The notes under the pieces: generated by a model
The model's input: the letters and a program-made list of their open reading frames with translations, nothing else
Database searches by the model: none
What the model was told of the DNA's origin: nothing
Source: Naegleria gruberi
Taxonomy: Eukaryota
Assembly (NCBI GenBank): GCA_000004985.1
Contig: GG738868.1
Reading direction: 5' to 3' (one strand)
Length of the DNA stretch: 64,000 nt
Shown: piece after piece, positions 23,814 to 35,506 of the stretch
How positions within the stretch are numbered: position 1 is the stretch's first letter
How the letters are laid out: every line of letters begins with the position of its first letter
Position numbers and translations under genes: made by a program

Positions 23814-24716
23814 TTAAATTCCTGAAGATAAATCTGAATCACTACTATATGTTCTCATTTCTTCCAACTGAGCAACATTTTGAGAGGCAACAGTCTTGAA
23901 TCCAATTTCGTCTTTCATATCTTCATCAGTAAGGAGGCACCGTTGAGATTTATCCTTCTTTGAGTAGCTAGTCATACCATTCAGTAAATCTCGTCCTTTA
24001 ACACCATTTGTGATAACAGCCACAGAGATACCAACAAATACAATACAAGCTGCTCCAATTATAATAATGTACCAATAATTCTGTAAGAACCATATGAACC
24101 CTCTTCCGTAACTGTATTTCGTTTCGACATTAATCGTCAAGAGAGATGAATTCTCCTGATTTAAATTCACACTAACAAAAACATAAGAATCAGAGGTTGT
24201 AATGTAAACGATATGAGTGTCTTGGCTATCAGTTTCGTTCAAAACTTGAATATTCATAGCCTTTTGTCGTAATGTTCTAAGTGAAGGATCTTTAATAAAT
24301 TCAAAATAACCAGACCTGGTAACTATCATAAAATTGCATTTGACAGTTGCACAATTAGCTGATATTCTCAAGTTATCCAACATATTTTCCTCCGTAATAT
24401 TAAAAGGTATCGGAATGAGAGATGAAGCCGGTATTGTGTTATTAAATGAAAATAAAAGCTTCTTTCCATTACTAGTTGAATTTTGTTGAGGTGAAACATC
24501 ATTAAGGTTTGCCAAATCCAATGCTTCTGTAACACTATTTCCTAATACTAATACAGCTATTATACATGCTATCAATAATCCTAGATTTGATGAAACCCTA
24601 GAGTTTTGAATGTGACGGAAAATTATGCATTTTCCTAGCATTGTTTTGTTCAGTTTTTTTTGGGATGCGTTGTTAGTGCCCTTAATATACAGGATCGGAT
24701 CTCTTATTAGCTTCAT
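23814..24716 (-). CDS. hypothetical single-pass (signal-anchor plus C-terminal TM) glycoprotein
   Basis: 300-aa ORF with N-terminal hydrophobic segment (LGLLIACIIAVLVLG), many N-x-S/T sites and a TM helix (YWYIIIIGAACIVFVGISVAVI) before a short cytoplasmic tail. The real start is probably an internal Met. Confidence 0.4.
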   Translation of the reverse strand: MKLIRDPILYIKGTNNASQKKLNKTMLGKCIIFRHIQNSRVSSNLGLLIACIIAVLVLGNSVTEALDLANLNDVSPQQNSTSNGKKLLFSFNNTIPASSLIPIPFNITEENMLDNLRISANCATVKCNFMIVTRSGYFEFIKDPSLRTLRQKAMNIQVLNETDSQDTHIVYITTSDSYVFVSVNLNQENSSLLTINVETKYSYGRGFIWFLQNYWYIIIIGAACIVFVGISVAVITNGVKGRDLLNGMTSYSKKDKSQRCLLTDEDMKDEIGFKTVASQNVAQLEEMRTYSSDSDLSSGI

Positions 24717-24810
24717 TCAACAACAACGGCTACCAATCTTTTGATTCGCTCATTTATAGTAGTTAAGGGAATTGTAATATTGGGTTGATTAAAATATATT
24801 CACAAATAAT

Positions 24811-26990
24811 TTATTTGAATTGGACTTTGTTTCCTTCGAATTCGATAAGCAATTCTTCAATAGTCTTGACACCTTGTTCCTTATCGCTATCTCTAATTCT
24901 AATGTTAACACTGTCACTTTCCATTTCCTTAGGACCAACAACCAAAATATAGTTGTATTGAGACAATTGAGCATTTCTGATCTTCTTGTCAATTCTATTG
25001 CTGCTCAAATCAACATCAACGTAGTACTTGGCTTCATGGAGCCTCTTTTGAACCTTTTCAGCATATTCGTTGCACTTGTTGGAAACTGGAACAACGATAG
25101 CTTGTCTTGGTGAGAGCCAGAAAGGCCACTTACCACCAAAGTGTTCAGTAGCAATAGCCAAGAATCTTTCCAATGAACCAAAGATGGCTCTGTGGACAAT
25201 AACTGGTCTAGATTCAGTCTTATCTTCAGCAGCATAAGTCAAATCGAAACGAATTGGCAATTGGAAATCCAATTGAACAGTAGCACATTGATGTTCTCTC
25301 TTCAAAGCATCAGAAATGAGAATATCAATCTTTGGACCGTAGAAGGCACCATCACCTTCATTCTTTTGCCAAGAATGACCGAATTCATTCAAAGCAGCTT
25401 CCAATTGACCTTCAGCTTCATCCCATTGACTAATTTCACCGAGATACTTTTCTGGTCTAGTAGAAAGGAAAAGTCTGAATCCGAAACCAAAGATCTTGTA
25501 AATGTCTTGCATCATACGCAAAGCACCCATAATTTCACTCTTAATTTGATCTGGACGACAGAAAATGTGAGCATCATCTTGTTGGAATTTTCTTAAACGA
25601 GTCATACCAGTCAAAGCACCCTTCAATTCATTACGATGCAAAACACCAAAATCAGCAAAACGAATTGGCAATTCTCTGTATGATCTAGTTCTATGTTTGA
25701 ACATGAGACAATGGCTAGGACAGTTCATTGGCTTCAAGCTGTGTTGAGCCTTATCAATTTCCAAAACAAACATATTTTCAGCATACTTATCCCAGTGACC
25801 AGAAGTCTTCCATAAATCACTGTGGAAAACATTTGGAGTTTGAACTTCAGAGTAACCACGATGCCAATATTCATTTCTCATCAATGATTGAATGCTATTG
25901 AACAAACGTTGACCGTGAGGTAAGAAGAAAACCATACCAGGAGCATATGGATGGAAGAACCACAATTCTTGATCCTTACCAATGATACGATGGTCACGTT
26001 TCTTAGCTTCTTCCATCAAAGTTTGCCATTCCTTCATGAGTTTCTTGTCTGGGAAAGACATAGCATAGACACGTTGCAAAGTTTCCTTGCTAGCATCAGC
26101 TCTCCAGTAAGATGATGAGTTCTTAGTGACTTCAAAAGTGGTAACTTTACCAGTATTCAACAAGTGAGGACCCTTGCAAGGATCGATCAATCTACCACAA
26201 CGATAAACACTACAATAGTCTCCTTCCTTGACCTTTTCAGACAAGATTTCAACCTTGAACTTGTTATCAGCGAACAATTCAAGAGCTTCAGCCTTGGTGA
26301 TGAGCAATCTTTCGAAAGGTTGCTTTTCATTGATAATCTTGGTGACAGCATCCTTGACTTTTGGATAATCAGTTTCGGAGACAGAACTATTCATGATGAA
26401 ATTTGTTGTTGTTAATTATATTGATGTTATATTTCATAGAGTGTCATGTTGTTAATATTCAGTAGTTGTTATTATTATAATAATAATAGAGGAAGAATTA
26501 GTGTAGATAATAATAATTAGTATCATCATCATACAATAAAAACTTACTTATCACCCATGTAGGCTTCATAGTAGAAACCACCATCTTCCAATGGAGGTCC
26601 CTTACAGAGGAAGCATTTGAAAACATCTTCCATAGCTTCACCCATAACGTGAGAAGAACTGTGCCAGAAAACTTCCTTGGCTTCTGGGTGGTCAAACTTT
26701 AACAATTCCAAAGTACAATCACCTTCAAGAGCTCTACCCATATCCCACAATGCACCATTGACTTTAGCAACGACACAATTAGCAGCAAGACCAGCAGAGA
26801 TGGACATGGCAATATCGTGTGGAGTGGTTTCGTAAGCCTTACCAGGTCTAGTACTATTATCTGGGAGAGTAATAGTGATTTCCTTTCCAAGGACATCACC
26901 TAATTCTTGTCTTCTTCTTTCCTTGAATTCTTCAAAGAGTTTATTTCTCTTAGCATAGTATTCATCAATCTTTTCAAAACTGACGCTCAT
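24811..26990 (-). CDS. threonyl-tRNA synthetase (class II), 2 exons
   Basis: Minus exons 26548..26990 (TGS domain: ITLPDNSTRPGKAYETTPHDIAMSIS...VFWHSSSHVMGEAME...GFYYEAYMGD) and 24811..26386 (catalytic core, motifs FQQDDAHIF, PMNCPSHC, and anticodon-binding domain). GTAAGT donor, TAG acceptor, phase-2 junction giving ...YMGD-N-SVSETDYPKVKD. Confidence 0.9.
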
Positions 26991-27390
26991 TTTTTTTTAA
27001 ATAATCAAATTTAATATTTTAAAATTATCTTGTTTTTTTGCAATACCCAATTGAAATCGATAAAGTATTTATAGGTTTGAGAATCTGGATTTCTGGTCGA
27101 AGATATTGTTATCTGCACTGTATTTGATGAATTTGAAAGAAAACGGTGCAAATTCATAAGTGAATTTGAAACAAGAGTTAATTTGAAGGAGGTTCATATT
27201 CAGATTTATATTTAGGAGTGCAGCAATAATATTGCATTTGAATACGGTTCAACTTTATGAATGAACCAGTAACTTGTTGACCATGTTACAAGAGTAGCTA
27301 CTCATTTGAATTTATCAAATACACAATATCTTTGTATAAAATTAATGCAAATAGAAGATTGAAATAAATTAGATTTATTAATGTACAATA

Positions 27391-29335
27391 TTAAGCTCTC
27401 TTATTTGGCTTAATTTTCATATTCTTGAAATATTCACAAACTTGACCTGGGATTTCCTTCAAGGTTTCTCTTGCCAAGAGTTGATAATTTTGAGAATTAT
27501 ATTTACGGAATGGAACAAATTGAACAATGTCACGAGAGGCAATTTGTGAACCACTTGAAAGTCTTCTGTCATCTCCATCAAGAGTTTCCATCGAATCGAA
27601 ATTGGCAGCACCAACACCAACAATGACAATTGAAAGAGGATAGTTTGAGGCCTTGACAATTTCTCTGATAGTATCATTCATATCGGTAATAGCACCATCT
27701 GTAATGATGAGCAAGATGAGATACTTTTGATTTTGTTGGCTTTGTTCCATTGAAGCTTGTGAAGCATAGGCAATAGCAGTTTGAATGGTTGGTGAGAAAT
27801 GGGTAGGTCCATATAATTCTATATTGTTTCAAATGTTTGAAAATTGGGGAAAGATAAATAATGGTTAAATATTTTCTGACTAATATAATTCATGAATACT
27901 TACCACAATTGTTCAAAGCTTGACGATAATCACGTAAAATACCATCAACACCTTGACTATTTGGATTATTTGGATTACCATTCAATGCAAAACAGTGTGA
28001 AATAATGTTACCTGGTAATTTTGCTCCAAAACCATAAGATGGGAATAGTTTGTCTGAATCATAGTATGAGAGAATGTCACCAATAGATCTAATAGCCATT
28101 TCATATTCATTCATTTTACCACCAAAATGCAATGAGCTTGGGTCGTTAGGATTACCGTTTGAAGCAGTAAAGTCAACAGCTACTAACAAGGAAACTTCCA
28201 ATCCACCTCCTAAATAATCCAAGAATGAATATTCCTCTTCTGGTAAGACACTTCTAATTCCTCTAACCTGAATTTTACCAGTATTCTTTGGTGCCTTCTT
28301 TTTCTTGTGATAGGAACCATCATCAATTAATGCAATAGATTGTCTATCTCTGTTAACTTGTTCCAATTGAGCAAGAGTTGTTTCAACACTTCCAATCTGT
28401 TTTGTGATCATAAGCTTTAGATGATTCTTTTAACTTCAACTTACAAAGTCTGGATCAGAATTCTTGTCCCAATCAAAGACTTGAATTCTAATTGGTAAAT
28501 TGGCATCACCATTGCACAATTTTTGCATTGGAATTGAAAATCCTTTCCATACAGGATTTAAATTATTCATAATTGTCTCGGATTTGTAAATATCAACAAA
28601 TTCATTTCCGACCTTTTTAGCCAAAATGAAATATCTAATATCCATCATCCACATTATTTCTCATTACTATTAATTTATGGAATACTTACGGATCACTGAT
28701 AATAATTATTGATTATTAAATTTACAATCAATATTATACAAACCTCTTTCCGAAAAAGTCCTTCTTTGCAAGATCTTTACCATCCAATTCCAAAGTATAA
28801 ATTGGATCTCTAACCTTAGATTTTTGTTCACTTCTGATGGTAATACTTCCCAAGTCTTTGCTTGTGTCACCATTTAGAGCTGTTAATTTTCTAGTAATGG
28901 CTCCGTTCACACCACAAACAATGTCAGACAATTTAACTTCACAACAACCCAAGAAATCATCATCGGCCAATGAAGCAGTTTCATTATCAATATCATAAAC
29001 CAAAAACTTGAGTGGTTGAATTTCTTCAAACTTGTACGAAACAATAAAAGTTTTAACAAACTTTGGGTTGACTGATCATACTATGTTAAATAATAAATGC
29101 ATCAAAAAAACCTACGATTATCTTTTTGAACTTCTGTTCTACCCAAATCACTCCAGAAAACCTCACCACTCTGTTGTCTCTCTCCCATTCTCACAAGACA
29201 TGTCGGATCCGACTTGGACAATAAATCTTTATTCTTCAAATGTGTACATGAAATGTACAATTCAACCTTGGATTCCAATTGATTACTAATTGACAAACCA
29301 GCCATTTGTTGTTGCAAACCTCCAGTGCTGTACAT
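27391..29335 (-). CDS. copine (C2A-C2B-vWA) calcium-dependent phospholipid-binding protein, 6 exons including a 6-nt micro-exon
   Basis: Minus exons 29116..29335, 28744..29071, 28690..28695, 28445..28634, 27904..28396, 27391..27818. The spliced protein is collinear with copines: LSKSDPTC...GRTEVQKDN|LNPKFVKTFIVSYKFEEIQ...FFGKR|SD|PYFILAKK...NLNPVWKGF...DWDKNSDPDF|IGSVETT...VAVDFTASNGNP...|ELYGPTHF...LILLIITDGAITD...VQFVPFRKY. Confidence 0.85.
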
Positions 29336-29648
29336 TTTTCTATATTGTATAAATAGATGATTCAAAAGATGTCGATTATTTTTTTTTGGTTTTTAAATTC
29401 GCCATCACAATGATGCTCAAGTCCATCATCTTTTGGGTGATGAAAAGATTAAGTTCCTACGGTCATCATGAGGGAGCGACCTTACTATTGATCGATATTA
29501 CAACATTTCTTCAAGTTACTTTCCAAAAGGATGGCAAATTAATATCAAATTGTAATGGTTTTAAACAGTACAGATAGAGCTTTGTTTTTGTGTGGCTTTT
29601 GAAAAACGTTCTGGCGCCTTTTTTAGATTTGAGGCTAAATGGAAAAAA

Positions 29649-31281
29649 ATGCTCAACAAGGGTTTGAAGGCAACCTCGCGATCATCTGTGATGGTTAATC
29701 AAATATTTGGCAAATTGATTCGGAGACAGAATAATGGTGTTGTTGTTGGTGGAGGACGAGTTGGAAATATTTTGCAAAAGCAGCAGCTGGATCATGTATG
29801 GATGGGAGGAGTGAATAGTAAACAGGATTATCATTGGAGCAATAGAGTTTTGATGGAGGAAAATAGTGATGAAGCATTGGGTAGGAAGGAATTGCCACTT
29901 TCTCATTTGAGAGTTTTGGATTTATCTAGAGTATTGGCTGGTCCATATTGTACACAATTGTTGGCTGTATGTAATTATCTTTCTCATATTTACAATTTGA
30001 TGTGTAAATAATAGGATTTGGGAGCAACTGTTATTAAAATTGAACCACCAAAGGTCGGTGATGACACTCGTTCTTGGGGTGAGTTTTGAAATTTATTCGA
30101 AATTATATGAATTATTAATAATAGGACCACCTTTCATGAAGATTGAAAATGGAAAAATGGAAGAAAATCAAAGTGGATATTTTCAATGTGCAAATAGAAA
30201 CAAAAAATCACTCACAATTAATTTAAAATCAAAGAATGGACAAATGATTTTACACAAGCTTGGTATGTGTTTGAATTTTTGGCTTATCTGACATGTCAAT
30301 TATTTAGTGAAGAATAGCGACATTTTAATTGAGAATTTTAAAGTTGGATCTCTTGAAAAATTTGGATTGGATTACAAAACTGCCAAATCAATTAATCCTG
30401 ATTTGATTTACTGTTCTATCACAGGTTATGGACAAGATAGCTCTAAAGCACATCTGCCAGGTTATGATTATGTAATGCAAGCTTTGAGTGGTGTAATGTC
30501 AATAACTGGAGATGTGTCAACACCACCGTTTAAGGTCGGTGTAGCTATTACAGATGTAATGACAGGCATGTATGCAGCTGTCGGTATTTTATCAAAAGTT
30601 ATTGAAAAACAAAAGAATGGTGGTAAATCTAATAGTGATAAGGATTGGATTGACCTTTCACTTTTGGACTGTAATTTGGCTTATTTGGTAAATCAAGCCA
30701 CAAATTATCTGCAAACAGGAAATTCTCCAAAGAGAATTGGTAATAAGCATCCAAATATTGCACCATACGACCTGATAAAATGTATTAATGGAGATATTGT
30801 CGTTGCAGTTGGAAATGATGCCCAATTTTTGAGATTTATTTCAGTTATTTCTAAGGATCAACCATTTAAAGATTTGGACAAGTTCACAACAAATCAACAA
30901 AGAGTTGCCAATAGAACACAACTTATTCAACAAATTGAAGAAATCACATCCCAACAATTTACAAAAGAGGAATTAATTAGAGAATTGAGCAAGTTTGAAG
31001 TTCCATGTGGTGCTGTCAACACAATTGGAGAGGCATTAAATGACCCACAAGTTTCTGAAAGAAATATGGTTTGGAGTTTTGACAATGAGATTAATGACAA
31101 ACCTGTAAAAACAATTGGAAATCCACTCAAATTTATTAATGAAAAGCATGAAGAATTGAACCTTAGACAATTTGCTAAACGCCCTCCAATCTTATCTGAA
31201 CATACCAATGAAATTTTAAGTGAAATGATTGGTGCCACGAGTGAGGAAATAGATAATTGGAGAAAGGAAGGAACTATCTAA
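29649..31281 (+). CDS. family III CoA-transferase (CaiB/BaiF; SUGCT-like), probable mitochondrial presequence, 4 exons
   Basis: Exons 29649..29966, 30015..30078, 30125..30262, 30308..31281. Motifs LRVLDLSRVLAGPYCTQLLA|DLGATVIKIEPPKVGDDTRSWG|PPFM...SGYFQCANRNKKSLTINLKS...|VKNSDILIENFKVGSLEKFGLDY...CSITGYGQ. The N-terminus MLNKGLKATSRSS... looks like a targeting peptide. Confidence 0.85.
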
Positions 31282-31315
31282 GATATTTCTACAATAAATA
31301 ACTGTTAAATTTTAA

Positions 31316-34300
31316 TTATTGATTTTGAGGAGTTGGAGGAAGGACAAGATCATCCAATCTGAACATGAACTGAGATGGTATTCCGTTCTGTACTGCTGTA
31401 TTATTATTACTAGACATTCTGCTCCAGTTACGAATTTGTTGCACTCTTTCAATTTGAGCTCTTCTATTAAGTTCCACTAACTCTGCTTGATGACTATCCT
31501 CTTGAATATCATCAGCTTCGTTACAAAACAATACATCATGATCTGATACACCAACTACAGATGGAAGCCCTTTCAGGAATTTTTCAATATGTTCCTCCAA
31601 TCCGTCAGCATCTCTTCTATCCTTTTCATGAATCTTATTAAACCTTTGGCAGGTATCTGATTTAGTTGTATCTCCCAGAGTGAACATTTCCAATAAATCA
31701 GAGTGTCTCAAATATCTGTATTGGTTTGATGCAATGACAGCAGTTCTTGAGACTGTTGTTTTGCTTACTTGTCTATTTGTATTAATAATGGAGTAATTAA
31801 TACAATCGTACAAAAATACTAACCTTTTGTAAATGTATTCCTCAATTGTGGATGAGCAAATAAGACGATAGACGATAACATTTTGTCTCTGGCCAATTCT
31901 ATAAGCTCTGTCTATTGCTTGCTCATCAATGCTTGGGTTGAAATTTGGTTCCACGATAATAACCCTACTTGCTGCTGTCAAATTGAGGCCAACTCCTCCA
32001 GCTTGTTGCAAAGTTTCATAGTTGCATGAGTTCCATAATCAAATATTCAAAAAATAATTGCTTACCTTGTGAAGACAGAAGGAAACACTTGATATTCTTT
32101 TTTTGATTAAAACTGTCTACAAGACTTAATCGTTCTTGGTATTTTGTTACACTGCCATCAATTCTATTATATTTGATATTCATACTCTTAAGAATGACGC
32201 CAATAATATCCAACATTCTTGTATATTGAGAAAATATTAGAACCTTGTGTCCATCATCAATACTCTTCTCTACGAGCTGCTTTATCATTTGGGCTTTGGT
32301 ACTTTTGGCCAAAATGTTTTCTATAGGCTCCTCTCTAATTCTTTTCTTGATCATTTCTTCTTGGGCTTGTCTTAATTTTCTTTGTAGAGCTCGCTGTCTC
32401 TTTTCATCTAAATCACTCATATCAAGAGTCATGGATGGCAATGCAGCCTCACTTAATAAATTATCTTCACTGTCATCAATGAAATCTTCTTCTGACTTTT
32501 CCTCATTTTCATCTTGTTCCATCATTTCATTTTTAAGTTCCTCTTTCTTTTGTTTCAGTAATTCATCATAACCTGTGCACAACAAGGTATGATCACAAAT
32601 CTGTTTCAAAATAATAATACCGACAAGAGGATTCAAAGTTCTGTTCAAAACTTGTTTGACTTGATCACTTAAAAGATAATCCTTGTACCAATTAATTTGG
32701 TCCTCAGTAAGACTACACCAAACCACCAAATCATTCTTCTGGCCAATTTTGGCTGTAGTCGATTGATCCTCATTCTTGTACAATTGATTATCGATTGATA
32801 ATACTGATTGTTTGGTTCGCATCATCATGTAGGGTTTGATTGTTTCTCGAAGGGAATCTGCTGCGTTATTTCCCATTAATTTTTCGAAAGGTGTAGCATC
32901 TCTTTTTGTAGAGTGGTTGATAGGAATTGTGTACGATTCATTGAATTCTCTTTCAGAACCTAGCAATGTTTCTCCAAATATCCAAGAATAAAGAGCATAA
33001 AGCTCTGCAAGCCGATTCATTATCGGAGTGCCAGTAAGAGCAAATCTAGAGTGTGATGGTAATGTTTGCAGAGCCATAGAACATTTGGCATCTCTATTCT
33101 TAATTTTGTGAGCCTCATCTAATACAATTGAATCCAGTAGTAAATCATCAGAGAACTGTTCCTTTAAAAAGTCCACATGATTTGAAATGGTTTGATATGT
33201 TGAGATCATTACAGCTCCTCCATTATTTGCGTATCTATTGAACTGATTGACTAGACTCATCCTCTTCTTATTTCCTGATTTGTTACCTCCAACTTGGTGA
33301 AAGACTACAATACCCTGTAGACAATTATCTGTCCAAGCTAACAATTCTCTCTGCCAATTACCAATGACAGAATTAGGGCAAATAATTAAAACTCTAGAGG
33401 CTTTTTCAGAGAGGAAGAGCCCGTGGATAAGTGCAGATATTTGAATAGTTTTTCCTAATCCCATTTCGTCAGAAAGTATACCACCACGAAATCTTGTATC
33501 TAAGTGTCTTTCTGCCAACCATTTCAAACCAATTTGTTGATGATGGTATAGTTTTTCAAAGATTGTGGCTGATGTCACAAATGATACAATATCGTCATCT
33601 ACTGGAAGCACATAATGATCATTGACTACATCATATGACCATCCATTTTCAGAGCTCTTTAATTGATCTGCACTGACAGGGACACGTTTCTTCTTTTTTG
33701 TCTTTTTTGACTTGAATTCTACCTCACTCAACTCTGAATCAGAGTCAATTACCTCTTGATCATCCGACTCCTCATTCAATACTATTTCCTCTTCTACCAA
33801 TCCTTCCAAATATTCATCATCGTCATCTTCTGATAACTCTTGTTCGTATTCTTCCTCTTCTTCTGGTTCTTTCTTAGTGGTTTTACCAGTTGTTTTCGCC
33901 TCTTCCTCTTCCTCTTCTGAGAGCTCATATTCCTCCTCTTCTTCTGACTCTTCTTTCTTTTGTTTTTTATATCTTGGTGCATATTCTTCTTCGTCTGATG
34001 AGATAATGATTGAATCTGAAAGAAATGAATTGTTAGGCTCTTTTTTTTTGGGTTGTGGGATTTTCACTTCGTTATCATCACTTTCACTCAAATCTCCTTT
34101 AGGATTTGAAACTTTTTGTGTGAAAAGGTTTCGGTTCTTTCTTCTCATTGGTACATTGTTAACAATAGTTTCATTACTTGGAGTAGGGTTTGGTTTTAAA
34201 GGTGCCACAACTGAATTATTACGAGACTGCCTTGTTGGATATTTCTTAACTCTCTCATCCTCTTCATCATCTGATGATTCACTATCTTTCCCACTACTAG

Positions 34301-34586
34301 ATTGGGAATAGTTAATAACAATTTTTGTACCAACCAATGAAATGTCAGATTCTTCTTCTGAGGACTCCTCTGAGGAGGATGATAGTTCATTTTCTCTCAC
34401 CGATGACCAAGCCACTCTCCTTGTCCTAGTAGTTGATTTTGAATTTAGGCTCTTGTTGTGGAATGAGGTTTTTTCTTTTATCGGATCTTGTATTTTTGTA
34501 CTAGTGTTAGATAAATATGATGACGATCGTGTTATTCTCCTCTTTAATTCCATTTGTGGGTGTGATGTTTTATTGTTCGTTGGCAT
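31316..34586 (-). CDS. SNF2-family DNA-dependent ATPase (ERCC6/Rad26-like), 2 exons
   Basis: Minus exons 32066..34586 and 31316..32001, joined at ...KCFLLSSQ|[38 protein letters not shown] (helicase motifs V and VI). Walker A is [17 protein letters not shown] box is LDEAHKIKN. Long acidic/Ser-rich N-terminus. Confidence 0.85.
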
Positions 34587-34948
34587 GTTTAATAAATTAA
34601 TAAATTAAATATTTAACTAGCTGCACTGTTGCGTGTTGTGAGCTTTTTTTTTTGAGTTTTTAAATTTATAATTTTGGCGCCAAACATGAATTCTTTCAGA
34701 ATTTGGAAGTGATACTTTTAAATTTGTTTCAACACAAAAACAGATAGAAATGTTATTGGATATAGAAATTGAACAATTGCTCCAGAGACCTTTTCAAATG
34801 AAATGCCAATTACTTATTCTTGTTAGATTCTAAAATGGTTTATCAATAAGATGAAGTTTTGAGATGCTCTTTTGATTGCTTAATACTGTTAAACTGTTAA
34901 ACATAATAACAAATCTGTTGAAAGTAACTCAGATTTTTGATATCATTC

Positions 34949-35047
34949 TATCTTCAATTTAGTCAGAGTCGTGATCAAGTGCATATTCTGGATATTCAGT
35001 TTCTTGTTCAAGTATTTATGACCACGACTCTGACTAAATTGAAGATA
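34949..35047. repeat. perfect 25-bp inverted repeat with ~49-nt spacer (hairpin-forming)
   Basis: Left arm 34949..34973 is TATCTTCAATTTAGTCAGAGTCGTG. Right arm 35023..35047 is CACGACTCTGACTAAATTGAAGATA, its exact reverse complement. It lies in the intergenic region between the divergent SNF2 and WD40 genes. Confidence 0.7.
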
Positions 35048-35506
35048 CTAATGATCTAAATTGAACATTGAGAATCCTTAAAAAAGCTTCCTTACTGATG
35101 ATCATCCAAGAGGAAATACAATTCCTCTCACACATGAATAACAATTTAAACACCTAGGACAAACGAACATTAAATATTCTAATCGAACATAATTAGTGCT
35201 TTCTCCCTACCCTGTTTTTCTATGGAAACTTTCAGGAACAACAATTCTCTACTCCTCTGTTTGAACGCCATATGCGTGCGTATTATTTAGGATTTAAAGA
35301 AAAATTTGTCTCAACAACGATCTGCAGTGTGTTGCTTCATCTCTCAATAATTACGCATCACACAAATATTAACGATAATTGGCACATTCGTGTTGTTATA
35401 TAGTATTTAGAGTATTGAATAGACTTCTTCCGAGAACAGTTGTGATATATAGTATTATTTATTCTATAGTATATAGTGTTGTAAATTTGTAAATAGTACA
35501 AGAAAG

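Noticed and set aside
33877-34311. 144-aa plus ORF rich in Ser/Leu
   Set aside because: Antisense to the acidic/Glu-rich N-terminus of the SNF2 gene (GAA/GAG repeats read as TTC/CTC).
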